Source: Eledone cirrhosa
Lineage: Eukaryota
Reading direction: 5' to 3'
DNA length: 64,000 bases
Assembly (NCBI GenBank): GCA_964016885.1
Contig: OZ024760.1
Location: 25,110,001-25,174,000, forward strand
Part shown: positions 54,603 to 64,000 of the stretch, piece by piece
Layout: every line of letters starts with the position of its first letter
How positions within the stretch are numbered: position 1 is the first letter of the stretch
Made by a program: the position numbers and the translations under genes
The notes under the pieces: generated by a model
Told to the model about the DNA's origin: nothing
The model's input: only the letters and a program-made list of their open reading frames with translations
Database searches by the model: none

Positions 54603-57600
54603 ATGGCTATGCTAAGAGTAGGCTGTTTAAATGCGCGTGGCCTGGGCTCAACTTGGAAGCAAGCAATGCTTCTAAATGACCTCAGGTCACAACGTATAGA
54701 TGTGATGGTTATTTGCGAGGCCCGGATCAGCAACGTGCGACAGCTGGCCCCCACCTTTGATGACTTTGAGATGCACGCATCTCTCTGTCAGCCCGGAGGT
54801 GGGGGTGGAGTTGTCGTTCTGCTGCAAAAACATCTGGGTCTCGCAACACAGATAGTACATTTGGACCCGGAGGGTCGACTAGTGGTTCTGGACCTTGGCA
54901 GTGGTAAAGGCGGAGCGTTTAGGTTGGTAGCCGCCTACGGCCCTTTCGGGTCAATGCGGCCGGACTTCTTCCATCGTCTGGAGACTTTTCTAGGGACGTC
55001 CCGCTCCTTGCTATTAGTGGGGGACTGGAATGGTATCCTAGATGCACGCTGGGACTACGTAGGGGCCTGCCCCGATAGAGAGGGGTGTAATAGCCTCAAA
55101 GGGTTAATCGGTCGATTTGACCTGGCCGATAGATATCGACTAGATTTTCCGACTGCGCCAACCTGGACTTGGGCAAATCGTAGCGGATCATCTAGGTCGT
55201 ACCTAGATAGGTTCTTAGTTAGAATTAAGGATAAGGACTTTTTAAGTTGTCCAAAAATGCGCATTGTTGGCTATTCAGACCACAAATTAGTGACCTGCAT
55301 GGTCAACCTTGACAGAACTCATAGACAGGGCCCCGGTTACTGGAAGCTCAACTTGTCCTTGCCGGCAAGTAGAGCCTACAGGAATCGGATTAGTACGTTA
55401 GTTAAGGAACGGTTGACTGGAGCGATCGTCAACAGCAGGTGGTGGGTATCTCTAAAGAGAGAGATTAGAGTAGTCTCGATAGAATTTAGTAAGGTTCTAG
55501 CTGCGGATAGGAATAGGAAGGAAAGGGAGCTAATAGATAGAGTAGAAGAGGCAATTAGAAGCGGCGACGTGGCCAGAGTGCTAGCGTCGAGAACGGCTTT
55601 GAGCCAGTTTTTCGACGCGAAGCACGAAGGCTGCGTTGTCCGAAGTAAAATACGTGCTCTAGGGAACGAGGGGACCAAAGCTGTTAGCTGGGCCCGCGTG
55701 ACAGAGGCCAACAGTGGAACTAAATCCACCATCCGGTCTTTGCGAGACCTGGATGGACGGGCGATTCTTGAGCCTAAGCAGATGTGTGAGGCCTTTCAAA
55801 GGCACTTTGCCCGACTGTTCGGGAGGGGCGGGGAGCCGGTTGGGAACGTGGACTTCGGTCCATACCTCGACGGCCTGCCGCGCCTCTCGGACAGGGAGGC
55901 GAAGTCCTGCGAAGAGCCGATTTCGGCCGCTGAGATAGAGGACGTGCTGAGCCAATGCGGCAAACGCAAATCCCCGGGTCTCGATGGTCTTCCTTACGAA
56001 TTATATCTAGCTATGCCGGACTTGTTCCCCGATCTCCTCGAGGCGGTCTACTGCAACTGGCAACAGAACGGGAGAATTCCCTGTACTGTGACCAAGGGCG
56101 TAGTCACGCTAGTGAGGAAGGACGAGAACAAGGGGGACGAAATAAGTAACTTCAGGCCCATAACACTGCTAAATACAGAGTTACAGATTTTGGCCAAGGT
56201 GCTAGCAAAGAGGTTGGCGCTTGTCGTGGGCAACCTGGTGGGAGATGCGCAGACATGCGCTATCCCGTCCAGGTCCATCCATGACAACCTCCACCTCATG
56301 CGATACATCATAGAGAGGGTTGGGAACGAACCCGGCTTTGGTGGGGCTCTGATCAACTTGGATCAATCTAAGGCGTTCGATAGGGTCGACCATGGTTACC
56401 TGGATGCGGTGCTAGCGGCGGCAGGCTTCGGACCCGTTTTCAGGGGCTGGATCACTGCTATGCACAGCAGCCGCATCTGCTCTAGGGTCAAGGTGAACGG
56501 CTACCTCTCGGAGCCGTTCAAAATCGCGCGGTCCATCCGACAAGGGTGCCCTCTCTCCTCCCTTCTGTATGTGTTGACTCTCGAGCCACTACTGCGGAAG
56601 TTGGAGTTGTTGCAGGGCATCCCTTTGGAACCGGGATTGCGGAAAGCGGTGTCGGCCTACGCCGATGACGTGACAGTAATGGTGTCGACGGCCTCCGAAA
56701 TCGAGGCGGTCGGCACCTTACTGGAGGAGTACGAAAAGTTCACAGGGGCTAAGCTGAACCGGGACAAGTCGATCGGTTTGCAACTCGGCACGTGGAGGGG
56801 CAGACCGATGCCCTCCGATAGCGTCGTCGGACGCTGGACGGAGGGCCCGGTGAAGTTGCTCGGGGTCTGGTTCGGACCGGACCTCCAGGTGGAGAAAAAC
56901 TGGGCGGAGGTCACGAACAGGGTGTTTGCACTGACCCAGAAGTGGGCCAGTTGCAAACTATCCCTGAAAGGCCGGGCGGAGGTGGCGAACACCTACATAG
57001 CGTCCGTCATCTACTACCGCCTGACCGTAGTGCCCTGCCCAAGGGAAACCCTCACCAAGATGGAGCGCGCGCTCTTCCAATTCCTTTGGAAGAGGCGGGC
57101 TCCTATGGTGAGGAGATCCATCTGCTGTCAACACCCTTCGAAAGGAGGGCTGGGGATGCCGTGGCTAGTGATGCGTAAACACGCATTAAGGCTACGGCAC
57201 CTCTACGTATTCCTCACCGGACAACCGGTGTGGGCCTCGTTTGTGAGACGAACCTTTCCCAGACTCGTCTCACTCACCGAGCTGCAATCCTGGGTCAAGC
57301 AAAGACCGAGAAAACTGGGCGCCTGGCACACTGAGTGTGCCCAGGCGCTCACCGCCCTCTGGCAGGCGGATCCGGTTATCAGTGGAGACTCCACCGCAAC
57401 ATTCTATAGAGGGCTGGTACGCAGCAGGTGCGACGACGCCCTCGGAGAAGCCCTAGACATGGAGGAGGACGAACTGGCCAGCCTGTTCGGTAGGACATTC
57501 AGCCCGGGACCTATGGACAACTTCCAGAAGTCCCTGGCCTGGCAGTGCTACCGAGGGGCTTTACCCGTTCGAGAAAGGCTCTACAGACACGGGCGCCCGG

Positions 57601-58040
57601 GTAGGGACCCCGCCAAAAAGATCTGTCCCAGATGCGTGTGCGACGAGGAAACCGTTGCACACGCATTAGTACACTGCTCGGGCGTAGCCGATCTGTGGGG
57701 CTATGTCGAACAACTGCTGTCAAGGGTGGGACCGATCCGGTTGACCACCGAGTCTATTGTAATGATCAAGCCGCCTCCCCCCTTCAAAGATGAAGCAGAG
57801 GCGGTGTTTCTGTGCGTAATAGCCATGGCGAAAGAGGTTGTATGGTGGACGCGTCTGAAAGGACTGAGGTCGGGCACCTTTCTCTCTGGCCAACAACTGG
57901 TCCGTTTCTTCCGATATCATTTCGGAAGAAGGATCAGGATGGAGAGAGAGGTGCTGCACCCCAGCCGTTTCTATGAAAGATGGGTGAAAGTGGCGAGAAT
58001 GGCCCGTGTGAATGGGCCTTCACTCTACATCAGACTATAG
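54603..58040 (+). CDS. LINE ORF2p: AP endonuclease, reverse transcriptase and C-terminal CCHC finger
   Basis: APE: LNARG, E, GDWN, LDR, SDH. RT: KSPGLDG, FRPITLLN, LDQSKAFDRV, RQGCPLS, YADD. Finger: CPRC..ETVAHALVHC. First ATG at 54603. Confidence 0.97.
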   Translation: MAMLRVGCLNARGLGSTWKQAMLLNDLRSQRIDVMVICEARISNVRQLAPTFDDFEMHASLCQPGGGGGVVVLLQKHLGLATQIVHLDPEGRLVVLDLGSGKGGAFRLVAAYGPFGSMRPDFFHRLETFLGTSRSLLLVGDWNGILDARWDYVGACPDREGCNSLKGLIGRFDLADRYRLDFPTAPTWTWANRSGSSRSYLDRFLVRIKDKDFLSCPKMRIVGYSDHKLVTCMVNLDRTHRQGPGYWKLNLSLPASRAYRNRISTLVKERLTGAIVNSRWWVSLKREIRVVSIEFSKVLAADRNRKERELIDRVEEAIRSGDVARVLASRTALSQFFDAKHEGCVVRSKIRALGNEGTKAVSWARVTEANSGTKSTIRSLRDLDGRAILEPKQMCEAFQRHFARLFGRGGEPVGNVDFGPYLDGLPRLSDREAKSCEEPISAAEIEDVLSQCGKRKSPGLDGLPYELYLAMPDLFPDLLEAVYCNWQQNGRIPCTVTKGVVTLVRKDENKGDEISNFRPITLLNTELQILAKVLAKRLALVVGNLVGDAQTCAIPSRSIHDNLHLMRYIIERVGNEPGFGGALINLDQSKAFDRVDHGYLDAVLAAAGFGPVFRGWITAMHSSRICSRVKVNGYLSEPFKIARSIRQGCPLSSLLYVLTLEPLLRKLELLQGIPLEPGLRKAVSAYADDVTVMVSTASEIEAVGTLLEEYEKFTGAKLNRDKSIGLQLGTWRGRPMPSDSVVGRWTEGPVKLLGVWFGPDLQVEKNWAEVTNRVFALTQKWASCKLSLKGRAEVANTYIASVIYYRLTVVPCPRETLTKMERALFQFLWKRRAPMVRRSICCQHPSKGGLGMPWLVMRKHALRLRHLYVFLTGQPVWASFVRRTFPRLVSLTELQSWVKQRPRKLGAWHTECAQALTALWQADPVISGDSTATFYRGLVRSRCDDALGEALDMEEDELASLFGRTFSPGPMDNFQKSLAWQCYRGALPVRERLYRHGRPGRDPAKKICPRCVCDEETVAHALVHCSGVADLWGYVEQLLSRVGPIRLTTESIVMIKPPPPFKDEAEAVFLCVIAMAKEVVWWTRLKGLRSGTFLSGQQLVRFFRYHFGRRIRMEREVLHPSRFYERWVKVARMARVNGPSLYIRL

Positions 58041-58304
58041 GTGAGGAAGATGAAAGACCAAGGGAGCACCCCTTCTCTGTGCTCCTGAGGAGAAGGGTTG
58101 CACACTTTTTTCGGGGGTGTGTGCGACCCCCCAAGGCGCCTCCTCTCTATTGAGGATTTTGTTAAAAATTTTATTTTTTGTTATATCTTATTTTATTTTT
58201 ATATTTTGTTATTGCCTCCTCCTTATTGAGGACGCCTTTTTGTGTAAACTCCCCCCTTTGTACTTGTCCCACTTTTGATGCCCTAGTGGCAAATAAAAGA
58301 AATA

Positions 58305-58351
<47 letters not shown>

Positions 58352-58432
58352 ATATATATATATATATATGTACTGCACACACACATACACACACACACAC
58401 ACACACACCACACATATATATATATATATATA

Positions 58433-58530
58433 CAGGGTGTCCCAAAAATATATACACAGGTCAAGAACATTCTAATAAATATTGCCTGTACAGGTAATGA
58501 AACTGTGTATACATTTTGGAGGACAACGTG
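58433..58530. mobile_element. Tc1/mariner-type MITE (about 98 bp) in TA; related single end at about 39764
   Basis: TA-CAGGGTGTCCCAAAAATATATACACAG ... CTGTGTATACATTTTGGAGGACAACGTG-TA. Confidence 0.75.
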
Positions 58531-58532
58531 TA

Positions 58533-58584
<52 letters not shown>

Positions 58585-58823
58585 GAGGTATCCACTGTAA
58601 GTTGTGGGGTCTATTCTCTATGAAGGACTCAATGTAATCCATATGTTGAAAATATTGTAGGTTAAGATATATCTCAGAAAACAATAAAACATGATATAAG
58701 TTAAAACAATGAAATAAAAAAATCAAGTCATTAGAGATATACTTCACTGCTTTACGATCGTTTCTAGGTGGTGATAATACATTGTATCTATACTCAGTCA
58801 TTGATCTATGTAAGTTTAGAAAC

Positions 58824-58866
<43 letters not shown>

Positions 58867-59219
58867 TGTGTGTGTGTTTTGTGTGGGTGGGTGAGTCTGT
58901 GTGTGTGTGTGATAGAGAGAGGGAGAGAGAGATAATGAGTGTGTGAGTGTGCATGTGAGGGAGAGCGTGTGAGTGTATGTTTGTGTGAGAGAGACAGAGG
59001 GAGAAAAAGTGTGTGTGTGTGTGTGTATGTATATGTGTGTGTTTGTGTGTGTCTAATACAGAGGAAGAATGCCACAAGTGTTACCCCCATTATTTCCTAA
59101 TCAATTATTTACAGTTATTGATTTACCAAATCTAACTAATATATCCCCCTTCCCCCGCCCCATCACCACCGCCATCTGGTGGATATAATTGAATTCTTAG
59201 CAACAATCTATATTACACA

Positions 59220-59777
59220 TCACTATCATCATCACCATCACCACAACCCATCACATTGTCGTCATCATTATCACCATCCTCATCATCGCCATCGTCATCA
59301 CCATCATCATCATCACCATCATCACCATCATCATCACCATCATCACCACCATCATCATCATCATCACCACCATCATCATCACCATCATCATCATCATCAT
59401 CATCACCATCACCATCATCATCAGCGCAGCCGTCATCATGATCATCCTCATCACCACCACCACCACCACCATCATCATCATCACCAACACCATCAGCATC
59501 ACTGTCATCACCACCATCATCACCACCATCATCATCACCATCATCATCAGCGCAGCTGTCATCATGATCATCATGATCATCACCATCATCATCATCATCA
59601 CCATCATCATCACTCTCATCACCATCATCATCATCATCTCCACAACCATCACATTATCGTCAGAGTAAACATCATAATTAATCATCATCATCATTACAAC
59701 TCATCACATCATCATCATCATCATCATCAACATCATAATAATCACCATCGCCGTCATCACCACCATCATCACCAACA

Positions 59778-59829
<52 letters not shown>

Positions 59830-59830
59830 T
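59220..59830. repeat. (CAT/CAC)n then (TA)n
   Basis: Direct reading; the poly-His ORF is an artefact. Confidence 0.95.
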
Positions 59831-59871
59831 CAAATATTAACAAAAACAGATATTCTTGTGATCAATTAAAT

Positions 59872-59934
59872 GTTATTATACATATTTCAGAGGCACTGAA
59901 TTAACTTCAAGAGTACGTCCTCATCAGATAAAAT
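59872..59934 (-). ncRNA. Type I hammerhead ribozyme in a PLE pLTR remnant next to (TA)n
   Basis: TTTTAT-CTGATGA-GGACGTACT..AGTGCCTCT-GAAA-TATGT-ATA^ATAA. Confidence 0.65.
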
Positions 59935-60929
59935 AAAATGATACATGACATACCCTGACATAATAGATGGTTAAGATTTAATCAAGGTAGTGATTGACTT
60001 ATGAGAAAACTCAATATGTATACCCTAATATTGAGAACATGAGAAAACGTAATAGAATCAATAGAGGGAGTGTGTGAGTATTATATTTTAAGAAATACAT
60101 TGCCTCAATGCAACAGTTATAGAATTTTTAATATTTAAAATACTACTATAGAACTATGCGGTAGAGGAAAGTATAGAGGAAGACGTAGCTGAAGTTATAA
60201 CTTATTTAGTATTTAGCTTGAGAAGACAAATGACAGATAATTAAAGAGAGGGAGAGACAAAGGGGGGTAATTTATGGTCAAATTTCTGTATACACACATA
60301 CTCATATATAGTTTTGCGGTTAATTTTCAAAATATTTAATTTATGTTATTTCAGGGTAAAGAATCACAAATTTAGGATTTTAAAGTTGATTGGTATTTGT
60401 ATTAATATTATAATATAATTATGTTAAATTTCTAAAATTCAAAATTTTATGAAAACAAATTTAAATGATTTACGAAGCCCGCGAAAGAAAAAAAAATATA
60501 CATATAATGTTCAATATTCTCACAAAGGTAAACTTTATCAAAATTGCTTATAATACTGACAACATTTTCTATAATATAATTTATGAGATATTTACAGTTA
60601 TAACTATTAATGAATTTATTGTTAAATAGTTAAAGTGCCTAAAGTATTAACAGGTCTTATAATTAAACCTAAAGAGGTCAGAGTTTTCAGCTATATATAT
60701 GTGTGTATTGATCATAATACCAGCACGATAATTAATTATTTGTTCCTATATTTGTTCGTATATGATTGTTCGTAAGAGATTATATAAGTTCGACCTTCTA
60801 GGGAAAACCTAACTATAATTTATTATTAGTTCATATGTTATATAAAGTAAACGATTATATAAGTTCGACCTTCCAGGGAAAATCAAACACTTATAATAAT
60901 GCCATTAGGGTGTTTAAATTATTTATATA

Positions 60930-61330
60930 AATGTAACTACGATTATGTTATTATCCTATATAAAGATATTTGTATAAAACTATATATAGATATACTAGGT
61001 GTTAATAAAACGGTAAACATTTAATAAAAATAGTAATTATAATCATTGTTATTATTTTTATACAAATGTAAATATGGTTATGTTATTATACTAGATAAAG
61101 ATATGTGTACAAACTATATATAGAGATATACTAAGTATTAATGAAACGCTACACATTAATAAAGAATAACGATTATAATCTCTGTTAGTAGTTTTATATA
61201 AGTGTAACTACGATTATATTATTACACTAGATAAAGATATTTGTACAAACTATACATAGATATACTAGATATTAATGAAACGGTATATATTTAATAAAAA
61301 ATAGCGATTATAAACATTGTTAGTAGTTTT
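60930..61330. repeat. AT-rich tandem repeat of about 135 bp, 3 copies
   Basis: TGTAA(C/A)TA..ATAAAGATAT..GATATACTA units start at about 60932, 61067 and 61203. Confidence 0.85.
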
Positions 61331-61463
61331 ACCTCCAGTTCTGTGGAGAGATAAACCAATATTTATCTGCTATTATAGTTAGTTAAATATACATAAAAAA
61401 GCAAAGCGCAAAACCAACTTTCTGAGTCCTCAAAAACCATCTCAAAATGAGTTGAGTAATATA

Positions 61464-61530
<67 letters not shown>

Positions 61531-61792
61531 GCATGAATGATCCACAGTTCAAATTAAAATCAATAAAATTTACAGGTTAGATATCTAAACTATATATTAA
61601 AATATGTATAATACAATTTAATATAATTGATCACAAGAATATCTATTTTCTTAATATTGAGTTAATATTAATAACACTGGAAAATATTTTCTTGTAGAGT
61701 GCTTCCAATCTACTCTAAAACTCATTATTTGATGTACTCATTGAATCTTGTTTAACTCTTTAATATATATATATATATATGTATGTGTGTGA

Positions 61793-62172
61793 AGGCACGT
61801 GGCCTAGTGTTAAGGGTGTTGGACTTACGATCATAATGCCGTGGGTTCGATTCCTGGGTTGTCTGTTGTGTCCTTGAGCAAAACACTTCATTTCACGGTG
61901 CTCCAGTATACTCAGCTTAAAATGAGTACCAGCAATAGCCGGTGGTTTAGACTGCGATGGACTGGCGTCCTGTCCAGGGTGGAGTCTTGTACTCTCAGTC
62001 GTTTCACGCCATGACAGTGGGATAAGTACCAGCACTAGCTGGGGGTTTAACCCTGTGATAGACTGGCGTCCTGTCCAGGGTGGGGTCTTGTACTCCCAGT
62101 CGCTTCACGCCATGAAACCAGGATATTCACCGTCCAAATGAGCCTTCAGGATTAAGACAGACTTTAGACTTT
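61793..62172 (+). mobile_element. Full CORE-like tRNA SINE with an internally duplicated 3' segment
   Basis: TGGCCTAGTG, GGTTCGATTCC, TGTGTCCTTGAGCAAAACACTT; GACTGGCGTCCTGTCCAGGGTGG occurs twice; (AGACTTT) tail. Confidence 0.85.
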
Positions 62173-62464
62173 TTAGATGTATATATATATGAATCCTGGG
62201 TATAATTAGGAGTAACCACAGGAAGGAACTCAATATATTAGGAGGGCGTAAACATCATGCTTAATATACAAATGGCTTCTAAAGTACTACAAATGGCTTT
62301 TCAAGAAATCACCAGAAAAATAAAAATCTATCTTATTTCTCATTCTTTCTTTTGATGAAGGACCTGCATCCGAACGGTTGAGACCCTCTTCCTGCTATAT
62401 CAAGCGTTAACCTAATATATCCCTTCCATATACTGTACCGATTGTGTTGTTATTTCAGTTTACC

Positions 62465-62514
<50 letters not shown>

Positions 62515-62663
62515 CGGTCGCTATATTTGATTTGCAAAGCTGTCTAAACGTATTGTTATCATTCTGGGGTGTTATTCTCCATCGAGTGCTAAGATGCATT
62601 CGTTAGCTTAGACGCAGCCAAAAGCTTCGTTAATGCAGTACTAAAATTTGTATATATATATAT

Positions 62664-62691
62664 CTGAAGAAGGGATTATGCCCGAAACGTC
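62664..62691 (+). ncRNA. Minimal hammerhead core directly abutting (TA)n
   Basis: CTGAAGA-A-GGG(ATTATG)CCC-GAAA-C-GTC; the 5' strand of stem I is missing. Confidence 0.65.
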
Positions 62692-62907
62692 GTTCCCCAC
62701 CCCGACCCCCACTCTCAAGAGCGTGAAACTAATACACCTGTGTTTGTATTGCCTCTCTGTTTTCTTCCCGTCCAATTTGTCACTATATATATATATACAT
62801 ACACACACAGACACATGTATTTGTGTGTGTGTGTTAATACGTGTGTGTGTGTATGTGTGTGTGTCCGTGTGCGTGTGCGTGTGCGTGCGTGTGTGTATGT
62901 GTGTGTG

Positions 62908-62982
<75 letters not shown>

Positions 62983-63225
62983 AGTTTTCCTTACACTTCT
63001 AACGTCTTAGTACGTCAGTCAGGACACAGGATTTCTTTCTATGTTGAAATGTTTGAAATATTTAAAGGCAGATAAATCAATACGCAAACACGAAAGAGTT
63101 CCCTCGAGACACGTCACTTAACATGTACAATTGTCAATTCGTGACTGCCCAAGATAACAGCGTAGTGATATGTTATGTGACAATACAAACCGTGTTAGAC
63201 TTACTAGCAGCAAACCATTAAAAGA

Positions 63226-63480
63226 GAGCAGTGGTTAGCTCGTTCGCCTCAATACGGTAAAGTGATGAGTTCGATTCCAGGCTGCTTGCTGTGTCCGCGG
63301 CGAACACGACTTGGTTTCAAGTGGTTAGAGTTCACTCAGCTAGCCAAAAATGAGTTGTACCAGCAGGGACATATTTAATACAGGGCAAAGAGGGCAATTA
63401 CTCCGATCCCCTTGCAATGGGGGCTCCACCAGCGAGAGCCGTAGCAATAGAGTTGTTCTCTAAGCTGGGCCTTCTAGTGT
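63226..63480 (+). mobile_element. Old tRNA-derived SINE
   Basis: AGCAGTGGTTAG, GAGTTCGATTCC, CACTCAGC..AAAATGAGT. Confidence 0.55.
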
Positions 63481-63545
63481 TAGGATGGTTAGATGTTTTG
63501 TATTTAATACATGTATGTATAACTTTTCTATTCCATCTGCATGTG

Positions 63546-63822
63546 CAAAGTTAAATTTGATATGTACAATTGGGGGTTTGTAGCTCAAAGCTAACTTGCA
63601 TATATAAAATTCGTGGTTTGTAGCGCAAAGCTAACTTTGATATGCAAAATTGGGGGTTTGTAGCCCAAGGCTAACTTTGATATGTAAAATTGGGGATTTG
63701 TAGCGAAAGCTAACTTTGATATATAAAATTGGGGGTTTGTTGGGCAAAGCTAACTTTGATATGTAAAATAGGGAGTTTGTAACGCAAAACTAACCTTGAT
63801 ATATAAAATTGGGGGCTTGCTA
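63546..63822. repeat. 40-bp minisatellite, about 7 copies
   Basis: Unit CAAAGCTAACTTTGATATGTAAAATTGGGGGTTTGTAGCG. Confidence 0.92.
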
Positions 63823-64000
63823 TGTATTCTATTTTTTTCTTTAGACAGGCCACACAAACATGAAACGGCCTGAGACCGCTAGAGTCAAAAACCAACTCTG
63901 TGTACCAGTAATTTAAAGGGGCCAAAGTTGTCACATTTCTCAATTGGAAACGTGTTAAACTTATACGAGTCTGAAGAGTGCTCAGACACTTGAATACCAA

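Larger units (their letters stand above)
52585..58350 (+). mobile_element. Full-length, apparently intact Tx1-like (L1 clade) non-LTR retrotransposon in (CTAT)n
   Basis: 5'UTR of about 215 bp, two uninterrupted ORFs, 3'UTR of about 260 bp, (CTAT)n on both flanks. Confidence 0.95.

Noticed and set aside
55055-57959. Short antisense and alternate-frame ORFs within LINE ORF2
   Set aside because: Expected in GC-rich coding DNA; no motifs.
50217-58350. Telomeric retrotransposon array (HeT-A/TART- or TRAS/SART-like)
   Set aside because: The spacers are CTAT rather than a telomeric repeat, and ordinary interspersed repeats continue on both sides.
62345-62390. Additional hammerhead (TTGATGA..GAAC)
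   Set aside because: Both core segments are mutated; at best a decayed remnant.

Overview
Eukaryotic, very repeat-rich, apparently non-genic DNA. The microsatellite load and the SINE families are most consistent with an octopod cephalopod (inference). No host protein-coding gene can be supported; most long ORFs in the track are translations of simple repeats. The real coding content is retrotransposon-derived. (1) An apparently intact full-length Tx1-like (L1 clade) LINE at 52585-58350 (ORF1 with a CCHC knuckle; ORF2 APE-RT-CCHC) ends a head-to-tail array of 5'-truncated relatives, each embedded in (CTAT)n; sister families sit in (ATT)n. (2) Penelope-like elements (GIY-YIG) sit in (TA)n. They carry type I hammerhead ribozyme folds and repeatedly form head-to-head fold-backs with the same end asymmetry. 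(3) R4/Dong-like RLE LINE fragments. (4) Tandem arrays of a tRNA-derived SINE whose 3' stem-loop (CUUGU loop) matches the Tx1 3' end, plus a 2 kb 45-bp minisatellite built from that SINE's A-box head. The most interesting signals are the partition of microsatellite targets among retroelement families, the candidate Tx1-SINE partnership, the twin-priming-like PLE fold-backs with ribozymes, and a splice donor overlapping the stop between in-frame ORF1 and ORF2 of the intact LINE. All structures were read by eye; family names are motif-based, not from database searches.
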